64,000 bases of DNA from Eledone cirrhosa (Eukaryota). The position numbers were made by a program, and so were the translations under genes. How positions within the stretch are numbered: the first letter of the stretch is position 1; each line of letters starts with the position of its first letter. Location of the stretch: the NCBI GenBank assembly GCA_964016885.1, contig OZ024741.1:385578001-385642000 (forward strand), written 5' to 3'. Under the pieces are notes generated by a model. That model ran no database searches. It was not told the DNA's origin and saw nothing but the letters and a program-made list of their open reading frames with translations. Shown one piece after another: positions 41,201-48,305 of the stretch.

Positions 41201-44200
41201 AGGGAGTTGAATGAAGCTTTACTAGTGGAGAGATCTGGGTTTGTGAGTCCCAGTTACTGATGAGGATAGACGGAAGCAGAGAGTATAGAAACTTTCAACT
41301 CTTGAGGGAAACTTTTAACTCTCTCTTTGATCTTTCCAATCAGTTTTCTAGAATCCGCTTACTTTCTGCTAATGCAAAGTTCTCGGGGGACTGGATTGAT
41401 GCCGTGCCCGTGGCCAACATTGGTGGCCTTCTCAGTCAGGATGAACTCCATATCTCCATTGCACTTCGTGTGGGAGCCAACATCTGTGGGGGTCTGAGAT
41501 GCCGCTGTGGTAGATCCCTCGACTACACAGGTTTACATGGTTTGTCCTGCTGCCTGAATGCTGGTTGTTTTGCCCATCACACCGAGCTAAACCTGATCAT
41601 CAAATGGGCCCTGGCTCAGGTTAATATCCCCACAGTTCTGGAATCGACTGGTTTATCCAGAAGTGATGAGAAGAGACCAGACGGTCCTGCTCTTTGTCTC
41701 TGGGTGAGAGGTAAATGTCTCATCTGGGACGTCACAGTCAGTTACTCTTTTGCCCCCTCCTACATCATGGATGCCACGGTGAATGCAGAGGTCACTGCTT
41801 TCGCTAACGAATGGAATAAAATTCAGAAATACCGGGACTTATCAAACACTTATTTTTTCCAGCCTGTGGCGTTCGAGACGTTCGGTGGAGTTGGGCCGCT
41901 GACAGCGAAGTTCTTGTCTTCACTGGCAGCTCACCTTACTGAGGTGTCAGGTGATGCCCGTGAGGGTACCTGGTTATTTTAGCGCCTTAGCCTCGCCATC
42001 ACCTGTGGTAATGCTGCAAGCGTGTTGGCTTGCCTGAAAGTATACAATTAAACCCCAAGATGTGAGGTGTTGCCGATTGTCACACTTGGTGGTGATTTGC
42101 CTCCTCCCCTTTTTTCCTTCTTTCTTTCCTTTATCATTTTTGTTCATGATTTTATATTTATGTTATTTATGTATATAACATTTTATTATATTTATGTAGA
42201 AAAACAGTTTATTGTTACAAAATCTTGCAATATCACGAAAAACCATTTGACATTATATAAAAAACAAAGCAAACTATTAAAGGAAACAAAAAAAGGAAGA
42301 AAAGAAATAAGAAGAAAAAGAAAAAATGATTCAGCAATGAAAAGAAGGGATAAGGGAAGAGACAGACACTACACTCCAGTCTGAGCAGCGCCTCAGCCAT
42401 GCCCCACAGACAAAATGGCAAAGGCGTGACCTTGGAGAATGACCAGAGACACCTGCTGCAACAGACCCTCCCCACACACACACACACTTCCCAGGGCTCC
42501 CTCCACAAGCAGGCCACCAACTTTCCGGAGGAAATCAGCAGTGTAAGGACCAAGTTCACCAGAGGCTTCAATGGAGACCAATGTAAAGAGGAAGTGGTCG
42601 GTCAAGATTATCTTCCTCGCCTCTGCATTGCGGGCTGCAGAGCCCAGGTTTGTAACTGGAGTGACATGTCTGGAGGCGGAAAATAGGTTGCTGCACGTCA
42701 CATTTCAAATTAGAGATTTACCCGCTTTGAAAGGAAAAAGGTTTAATCCGTCAGGGTACTTGCCATCGACATGGTCGCGGCCAGCAGGCCCCAATTGTGA
42801 CAGGAAACTGGCTGCGTCAAGACTCCTTCTGAATTCTCATCATCAAAATGTTGAAAATATATATTTCAAATAGATTTTTTATATATAGCTATTTCTCTAG
42901 AAGTTAGACACAAAATGTTGCAATTTTTTTATTAAATTCATCCTTCCTAACGCTACAGCTGCCTGCTTATTTCTGAATGTAGTTCAAGGATAGTGAATAT
43001 ACAAGAAATAGTACATACTTATACACATCATATATAGATGTATGTGTGTGTGTGTGTGTAAACAAATCTAGTGAAAACTGAGAACTATGTCAACATTAAA
43101 AACAAATTCTTTAAATTTCCTAAATATAATGACCATCACTCAGCGGTGCACCTACTCAGCAACTTTGTCTTCTAATTAAATAACTTGAAATTAACTCAAC
43201 ACAACAAAGTGGTTATGTAGGAGTCACAACAAAAAGCACCCAGCCCACACTGTAAACTGGTCGTGTAGGAGTCACAACAAAAAGCACCCAGCCCACACTG
43301 TAAACTGGTCGTGTAGGTGTCACAACAAAAAGCACTCAGCCCACACTGTAAAGTGGTCATGTAGGAGTCACAACAAAAAGCACCCAGCCCACACTGTAAA
43401 CTGGTCGTGTAGGAGTCACAACAAAAAGCACCCAGCCCACACTGTAAACTGGTCGTGTAGGAGTCACAACAAAAAGCACCCAGCCCACACTGTAAACTGG
43501 TCGTGTAGGAGTCACAACAAAAAGCACCCAGCCCACACTGTAAACTGGTCGTGTAGGAGTCACAACAAAAAGCACCCAGCCCACACTGTAAACTGGTCGT
43601 GTAGGAGTCACAACAAAAAGCACCCAGCCCACACTGTAAACTGGTCGTGTAGGAGTCACAACAAAAAGCACCCAGCCCACACTGTAAACTGGTCGTGTAG
43701 GTGTCACAACAAAAAGCACTCAGCCCACACTGTAAAGTGGTCATGTAGGAGTCACAACAAAAAGCACCCAGCCCACACTGTAAACTGGTCGTGTAGGTGT
43801 CACAACAAAAAGCACTCAGCCCACACTGTAAAGTGGTCATGTAGGAGTCACAACAAAAAGCACCCAGCCCACACTGTAAACTGGTCGTGTAGGAGTCACA
43901 ACAAAAAGCACCCAGCCCACTGTAAACTGGTCGTGTAGGAGTCACAACAAAAAGCACCCAGCCCACACTGTAAACTGGTCGTGTAGGAGTCACAACAAAA
44001 AGCACTCAGCCCACACTGTAAACTGGTCGTGTAGGAGTCACAACAAAAAGCACCCAGCCCACACTGTAAACTGGTCGTGTAGGAGTCACAACAAAAAGCA
44101 CCCAGCCCACACTGTAAACTGGTCGTGTAGGAGTCACAACAAAAAGCACCCAGCCCACACTGTAAACTGGTCGTGTAGGTGTCACAACAAAAAGCACCCA

Positions 44201-47200
44201 GCCCACACTGTAAACTGGTCGTGTAGGTGTCACAACAAAAAGCACCCAGCCCACACTGTAAACTGGTCGTGTAGGTGTCACAACAAAAAGCACCCAGCCC
44301 ACACTGTAAACTGGTCGTGTAGGTGTCACAACAAAAAGCACTCAGCCCACACTGTAAAGTGGTCATGTAGGAGTCACAACAAAAAGCACCCAGCCCACAC
44401 TGTAAACTGGTCGTGTAGGTGTCACAACAAAAAGCACCCAGCCCACACTGTAAACTGGTCGTGTAGGTGTCACAACAAAAAGCACTCAGCCCACACTGTA
44501 AAGTGGTCGTGTAGGAGTCACAACAAAAAGCACCCAGCCCACACTGTAAACTGGTCGTGTAGGAGTCACAACAAAAAGCCCCCAGCACACACTGTAAATG
44601 TGGTTGGCATCAGGAAGGGCATCCAGCTGGAGAAACCTAGCCAGAAACAGTTCTATATGAAAAATACATGGTCACCTGACCCATCGTGCCTCTAATGAGA
44701 CAACCCGTCTAACCCATGCTAGCGTGGAAGATGGACGTTAAACGATATTGATGATGATGTCTCTATATAAATGTTTTAAAAGTCATCAGAAAGAGAAGCA
44801 TAAAAAGTGAAAATACTTCATTTTGAATTATTGTATATACTTGAATATAAGTACACCCCACCTTTTTTATGTCTGAGAAATGGGCAAAATCCAAAACGCC
44901 ATTTATAAGCCAAGGCAGCCGATCAACACATTGATTAGATGGCATATATGAGCCGATCCCCACCCCCTGTTTTACCATCGATTTTTGGGGGAGGGTCACA
45001 TATTCTTCAGCTTATGTTCAAGTATGGTATCTACCAAGTGTAACATTCTGTTTGATTTTACAAAGATGAAAAGCACAAAAAGGAAAGATAGAAAATTTTA
45101 AGGGGATCTAGCCAAATGAATTGCAGATGGTTGCTTCCGAAAGGACCTGCTGGAAGGAATGTTTGAGTATTCTGCCCCCACGACCCTCTCAAGAATAAGT
45201 GGGCAAAGAAGAATTTCATAGTATTCAGGAGACAAGGTATGCAGCTTCCTCTAAGGATATATTCTGGGAGTCTATGAAAGATTAACATAGCTATCATATT
45301 TGGTACACCTGTTGTTAAACCAAAGGGTCCCAAAGTGGTCGATGGCACAATGGAGGGGGTGGGGGAATTTTAGTTTTGGGCCAAAACCTGACATATGTAT
45401 AAGAAATACAATAAAATACAACTTGCTTTTACAGGTTTTTGATTTATATTTAGTCTTTATTAACAATATATTTTATATTGTTTACTGATTTATTTATTTA
45501 CTTATATTTTTAACATGCCTGGGGTCGATGAGGAGTTAAGGATTCAATGACAGGGTCGATGGTCTAAAAAGTTTGGGGGACCCTGTGTTAGAAATGATAC
45601 AATATATCGAATCTCAAAGCAAAGGTCGATCCTATGCAATCAATACTTGCCTCAGGCTAAACAACAACGTAATACAATAACTATTACGAGGGTTGTAATT
45701 TAACGTGACTTCTTCACGTCAAAATGGGAATTCTTGACAATAGATTTCGAAATAACTCGAAAAATCTCGTCTGATTCAACAGATTCATGGCCTATGTTAG
45801 GGTTAATTACGGTTAGAGTTCATTAGGGTTAATATTCCCTCGTCGGTGTGTATAGCATACAAAGTGAATTCGGTGAATGCAGCGAGATATCTTTTATTCT
45901 AAAATCTATTATAATTGGTACAATGTGGGGGTGGGACCGCCCCTGTCGTTATTCTATTGATTCTTGCGATCGCTGGCAATTACTAACCTCTATGAATTAT
46001 AATTACAGTAGATATAAATATATAGCTTTAAGTTATTCATTTCTTGATCAAAGTTTGGTTGAACGCACCTGCATTTTTCTTCCTTTTAAGTCCACAACAA
46101 ATATATATATAGATAAGTCATTTTCTCGTCACCAGAAAAATACAGAGGAGTGGTTAAGAGGATATAAATATGTGATGCTATGATACCAATATCTTTCAAT
46201 TAAACATATGTACTTATACAAGAAATCAACAAGCTTGGAAACTAATAATTTTTTTTTCCAAATATTTTATGAATGAATTTATTCATCTGAAATCCGATGG
46301 TATCACGATAGATGAATTAGCTGGAGACTCTTACCTTCGGTCCTATCATAACTGACGAAACCAGACTTATTCCCGCTATCTCCAAGTAATAGCCATTATT
46401 AACATTGATTAAGAGTTAATTTTTCAATGAGCTATTGTAATCAAATGACTTAATGAATTAGTAAATCATCTGTTGGTGGACTATCACAAGATGACATATA
46501 TAACTATATTTTAATCTGAGATTAAAATATAGTCACAAGCTCTCGAATAGAATTAAACTAGTTCTAGAATTAAAAAATATATATATATAGAATCCAAGTA
46601 AACAGAGAGTGGTCTGCGTCGGTAAAAAAGTGTGTTTATTGGTAGAAAAGTAAAATTATTGAAGTTATTATTTCCGCTGTAAGGGGAAATTTCCAACGTT
46701 TCAGACTCATGTCTTTCTTTGGAGATGAAAGAAAAGAAGCATTATTTCGCAATGAAAAATAAAAACATTACTTCGTTTGTAATTCATATGACAATGTGAA
46801 GCAAGTAAAGAAAATATTAATTAAAATCAATGAACTAGCTTAACCGGTCTATAACATGTGACATTGTCAATATGATGCCGCGTCATCGGAACTTTCAAAT
46901 CAAAATGTTAATGGCTTTACGATAGGCGGAGATATTTAATATTAATAAGTTTCTTTATTTAAGATAATTAAGGCAATGTACTTTGATTCCTACGTCAGAA
47001 TTATATACATCTATAAATAAATAAATTTCTCTCTCTCTCTCTCTTATATATATATATAACGAAGGAGTTGTGGTAAGGAACCAGAGTACTCAATACTTAG
47101 GGTAGTAGAGTGGGTAATAGAAAAATGTGTGACCCCGACGGCAGAGCTCAAGCCGTTTAGGCGGCTATTTCTGGACTACAGTAGTCCAGAAATAGCCGCC

Positions 47201-48270
47201 GAAACGGCTTGAGCTCTGCCGTCGAGGTCACACATTTTCATATATATATATATTTATCCCGGGTTCAATCAAGGGTAACCACAGTAAGTAAGGTACTCAA
47301 TATATAGCAGAGTATAAACATTTAATATAGAAATGGCTTCTACAGGACTAGAACTGTTTCATTCGGAAGAAATCGTCAGGAAAGCCGACTGTCAATGTAA
47401 TATGGTGGTGGCAGTCGGCTTTCCTGATGATTTCTCCCGAATGAAGCAGTTCTAGTCCTGTAGAAGCCATTTCTACATTATATATATATATATACATACA
47501 TAATATTGCTGGTGGATTCCCGATGGGTATCGAGAAGTGACCACAGTTAAAAAAGTTAGATTTTTTTTTTGTTATAATTTGTGATTTAAAACAACAGCCA
47601 ATGTTTTTGAGCAAATAAATTAGAGAGCAATAAAAATAAAAGTATTTACAAGTTACCGCATTGCTCCGTTTGCATTATGTTCACGATGTAATGATAAAGA
47701 GAGGGTGCCGGATAAATGATAAGGTCAAAATTGACAATACACTATTTAGTAATTGATCAATTTTTTGCACTAAATCATGTAATTATAGAATGGTTTTTTT
47801 TTCCATACAACATATGTTGTAATAATTGTAAACAGACCATTTCTTAAAACAAAAATAAAGGGGCGAAGTTGTATTTAACGCCAAATAATGTGTACTCGTT
47901 GAGATATATTAAACAAAAATGAAACAATGTTCTGCGTAATAATAGTTGTTTGTTAAACTAATAATTGTTATGTAAAACTAATCGGACAAAGTTTCTGTTT
48001 TTTTAAATCAAATGAAAGCGCACATTGGAGATGATGATGTGTATGTGCGTGACAGATGGTCAGTCAGTTGCTGAAGGTGAGAATGACGGATGTACATATA
48101 CAAACTCTGAAATGATATTACATACCTGAATTAAACAAAGAAGCGGCTTCTAACTGAATGACAGGCATTAATACATTGGGCTGTTCTGGTGGATTAAGTG
48201 TAAGTCCTCCATTAGCTGGCATAAGCAATAAAGGCGGAGGAGTTGCTTCTTTGCGGCTTCTGTCCGCCAT
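974..48270 (-). CDS. SEC23IP: SEC23-interacting protein p125 / DDHD2-family intracellular phospholipase A1, spliced; 3' end lies beyond window start
   Basis: Exons joined by hand with GT-AG sites and consistent phases: 48270-48126, 36883-36563, 35338-34979, 34554-34367, 32612-32469, 17008-16945, 15749-15660, 14552-14411, 10072-9970, 8867-8762, 8055-7937, 7555-7433, 5795-5706, 4680-4583, 3679-3460, 2655-2644, 1067-974. Product has a Pro-rich N-terminus ([15 protein letters not shown]), a WWE-like region, [19 protein letters not shown], lipase GHSLG, a SAM domain ([11 protein letters not shown]) and the DDHD domain start (FNIFHP-FDSV-AYRIEP...[11 protein letters not shown]). The long Pro-rich N-terminus favours SEC23IP over DDHD2; it may be co-orthologous to both. 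Confidence 0.95.
2644..2655 (-). CDS. SEC23IP: SEC23IP 12-nt microexon 16 (FDSV)
   Basis: gtatcttcag|TTTGATTCTGTG|gtaagt; supplies exactly the four residues missing between FHP and AYRIEP (family consensus HP-[FL]DPV-AYR). Confidence 0.85.
3175..3378. repeat. Degenerate (TAGTA/TAGTG)n pentanucleotide microsatellite
   Basis: directly visible. Confidence 0.9.
3460..3679 (-). CDS. SEC23IP: SEC23IP coding exon 15 ([12 protein letters not shown]...[16 protein letters not shown]...FNIFHP)
   Basis: 220 nt, donor CCG|GTAAGT; overlaps ORF 3439..3720. Confidence 0.96.
4583..4680 (-). CDS. SEC23IP: SEC23IP coding exon 14 (Lys/Glu-rich linker)
   Basis: 98 nt, phase 0-2, needed to restore frame to exon 15; donor AA|GTGAGT. 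Confidence 0.85.
4760..5635 (+). mobile_element. Decayed RTE-like LINE fragment (third family)
   Basis: [30 protein letters not shown]; related inverted piece at 3865-4036 and probable 3' ends near 36130-36460, 45100-45212, 53230-53430. Confidence 0.85.
5706..5795 (-). CDS. SEC23IP: SEC23IP coding exon 13 (SAM domain C-half)
   Basis: 90 nt, [20 protein letters not shown]. Confidence 0.95.
7433..7555 (-). CDS. SEC23IP: SEC23IP coding exon 12 (SAM domain N-half)
   Basis: 123 nt, [27 protein letters not shown], donor |GTGAGA; the acceptor is the least certain boundary. Confidence 0.88.
7937..8055 (-). CDS. SEC23IP: SEC23IP coding exon 11 ([12 protein letters not shown]...)
   Basis: 119 nt, phase 1-0. 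Confidence 0.92.
8762..8867 (-). CDS. SEC23IP: SEC23IP coding exon 10 (to lipase GHSL-G)
   Basis: 106 nt, [22 protein letters not shown]. Confidence 0.96.
8965..9208. mobile_element. About 240-bp TTAA-flanked MITE family (piggyBac-like ends); further copies near 680-925, 15421-15641, 22301-22554, 40172-40482, 57490-57650
   Basis: TTAACCCTTT...GGAGTTAA/GGTTAA termini and shared internal CCTGAAACCAC..GGTTCTATGATACAAAACTG. Confidence 0.7.
9655..9845 (-). mobile_element. tRNA-derived SINE family A; copies at 50940-51130, 28694-28875, 6050-6430, 25655-25830, 23015-23150, 27350-27500, 49260-49390
   Basis: B-box GAGTTCAAATCC; conserved core GCCTTTCATCCTTACGGGGTCGATAAAATAAAGTACCAG (Meta-domain-like). 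Confidence 0.85.
9970..10072 (-). CDS. SEC23IP: SEC23IP coding exon 9 ([30 protein letters not shown])
   Basis: 103 nt, phase 2-0, DTLLDILFY motif. Confidence 0.96.
10420..13120 (+). mobile_element. RTE-clade LINE, 5'-truncated and decayed (APE endonuclease, RT, Cys-rich finger, 3' UTR, (GAT)n tail)
   Basis: ORFs 10464..11168 ([20 protein letters not shown]), 11244..12260 ([20 protein letters not shown]), YADD near 12243; frameshifts and internal deletions near 11178 and 12568 relative to the copies at 59.5-64 kb. Confidence 0.95.
13416..14352 (-). mobile_element. RTE LINE 3' fragment (same family), tail-to-tail with the 10.4-13.1 kb copy
   Basis: ORFs 14098..14334 ([20 protein letters not shown]) and 13785..14030; shared 3' UTR. 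Confidence 0.92.
14411..14552 (-). CDS. SEC23IP: SEC23IP coding exon 8 (VDDFRSIS...[15 protein letters not shown])
   Basis: 142 nt, donor AA|GTAAGT. Confidence 0.96.
14777..15060. mobile_element. MITE with central (TA)n; other copies at 51182-52400 (split) and from about 58432
   Basis: CAGAGCTGGATTTACCTATAAGCT...AGCTTAGGGCCTCACCAGATGAAAGTCTG recurs at three loci. Confidence 0.7.
15660..15749 (-). CDS. SEC23IP: SEC23IP coding exon 7 ([25 protein letters not shown])
   Basis: 90 nt, phase 1-1, hallmark [11 protein letters not shown]. Confidence 0.96.
16945..17008 (-). CDS. SEC23IP: SEC23IP coding exon 6 ([21 protein letters not shown])
   Basis: poly-T acceptor, 64 nt, RPRVVKRG family motif. 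Confidence 0.93.
17095..17440. repeat. TG/TA-rich degenerate minisatellite
   Basis: repeated GTATGTAAATATTTTGTGTATACATAAATATGTGTATTTGAAT-like units. Confidence 0.75.
18735..19020. repeat. About 28-33-bp minisatellite (TTTAAAATATTTATATCAACATAACTGTTTG) inside a TTAA-MITE
   Basis: about 9 imperfect units. Confidence 0.85.
25071..25088 (-). CDS. candidate 18-nt in-frame microexon (SVYSLP)
   Basis: ttttgtttctttcaag|AGTGTCTACTCTCTTCCG|GTGAGT, phase 0-0. Confidence 0.5.
29070..31475 (+). mobile_element. Decayed RTE/BovB-like LINE (second family)
   Basis: remnant APE ([11 protein letters not shown]) and RT motifs ([44 protein letters not shown]) with many stops and frameshifts. Confidence 0.88.
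32183..32221 (-). CDS. candidate 39-nt in-frame cassette exon ([13 protein letters not shown])
   Basis: tttatttccacttacag|...CAG|GTATGT, phase 0-0 inside a phase-0 intron, no stop. Confidence 0.55.
32469..32612 (-). CDS. SEC23IP: SEC23IP coding exon 5 ([35 protein letters not shown]...PDEWG)
   Basis: ttctag acceptor, 144 nt, donor |GTATGT. Confidence 0.95.
33017..33189. mobile_element. hAT-type MITE
   Basis: CAGGCATGTCAAAC...GTTTGCCATGCCTG with perfect 8-bp TSD GTATAGAG (33009-33016, 33190-33197). Confidence 0.88.
34367..34554 (-). CDS. SEC23IP: SEC23IP coding exon 4 ([11 protein letters not shown]...VRRSTWYYK...KLE)
   Basis: cacag acceptor, 188 nt, donor GAG|GTAAAT; family motif TDGGRYDV. 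Confidence 0.95.
34979..35338 (-). CDS. SEC23IP: SEC23IP coding exon 3 (...[32 protein letters not shown])
   Basis: ttttcag acceptor, 360 nt, donor G|GTAAAT. Confidence 0.93.
36563..36883 (-). CDS. SEC23IP: SEC23IP coding exon 2 (Pro/Ser/Thr-rich)
   Basis: ttacag acceptor, 321 nt open frame, donor A|GTAAGA; overlaps ORF 36474..36794. Confidence 0.9.
37500..38233 (+). mobile_element. RTE LINE 3' fragment inserted in (TA)n
   Basis: ORF 37483..37935 ([31 protein letters not shown]); (GAT)n tail. Confidence 0.92.
38368..38695 (-). mobile_element. tRNA-derived SINE family B with RTE-like 3' tail; near-identical copy at 17825-18170
   Basis: A-box TGGCTTAGTGG, B-box-like GAGTTCTATTC, core TCCTTGAGCAAGACAC; tail TGTTAGGAAGGGCATCCAGCTGTAGAAA...GGATGTAAAATGAAATGAT (GGACGTAAAA in the 17.8 kb copy) shared with the RTE. 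Confidence 0.85.
40560..42050 (+). mobile_element. Non-LTR retrotransposon 3' part with restriction-like endonuclease (CRE-like), decayed
   Basis: WYLDD at about 40568; ORF 41260..41982 with CxC...H...C, RPDG, LIWDVT, Kxx[11 protein letters not shown]. Confidence 0.85.
42385..42830 (-). mobile_element. Second, diverged CRE-like RLE fragment facing the first
   Basis: minus strand [23 protein letters not shown]...[20 protein letters not shown]...[11 protein letters not shown]. Confidence 0.7.
43197..44760 (+). repeat. 48-bp tandem array (about 29 units) expanded from the RTE 3' UTR, followed by the RTE 3' end
   Basis: unit GGTCGTGTAGGAGTCACAACAAAAAGCACCCAGCCCACACTGTAAACT; related units occur 1-3 times in RTE tails (e.g. 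12868-12962); 44590-44760 is the RTE terminus. Confidence 0.95.
45321..45585. mobile_element. hAT-type MITE (decayed)
   Basis: CAAAGGGTCCCAAAG...TTTGGGGGACCCTG ends, imperfect TSD TGTTAAAC/TGTTAGAA. Confidence 0.6.
47057..47240. repeat. Fold-back repeat in (TA)n; related copies at 53935-54139 and 59333-59482
   Basis: about 58-bp inverted arms 47120-47239; shared TAACGAAGGA...GTACTCAATACTTAGGGTAGTAG end. Confidence 0.85.
47335..47386 (-). ncRNA. Type I hammerhead ribozyme motif, sense to SEC23IP intron 1
   Basis: GGCTTTC-CTGACGA-TTTCTTCCGAAT-GAAA-CAG..CTG-TA-GAAGCC; the inverted twin at 47417-47468 has GAAG instead of GAAA. Confidence 0.6.
48126..48270 (-). CDS. SEC23IP: SEC23IP coding exon 1 ([22 protein letters not shown]...ASLFNS)
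   Basis: ATG in AACAATGGCG context; 145 nt; donor CAG|GTATGT; phase 1 joins exon 2 to give [12 protein letters not shown]. Confidence 0.85.
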
Positions 48271-48305
48271 TGTTGTTAACCACGTCACATAACCGGAAGC
48301 GGAAT
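48262..48305 (-). promoter_or_regulatory. SEC23IP start region: TGACGTGG (CREB3/CrebA/UPRE-type), tandem ETS-type CCGGAAG/CGGAA, YY1-like AATGGCGG over the ATG
   Basis: plus strand reads tgtccgccat tgttgttaac cacgtcacat aaccggaagc ggaa; motif identity from known consensus only. Confidence 0.5.

Noticed and set aside
43196-44588. Cys-rich 16-aa repeat ORFs ([16 protein letters not shown]) and a CRISPR-like appearance
   Set aside because: The ORFs result from a 48-bp stop-free unit derived from the RTE 3' UTR. There are no unique spacers, no cas genes, and the context is a eukaryotic intron.
46335-46400. Minus-strand donor AAG|GTAAGA as an alternative first exon of SEC23IP
   Set aside because: Nearby ATGs either stop at once or are out of phase with exon 2; the exon at 48126-48270 fits phase and homology.
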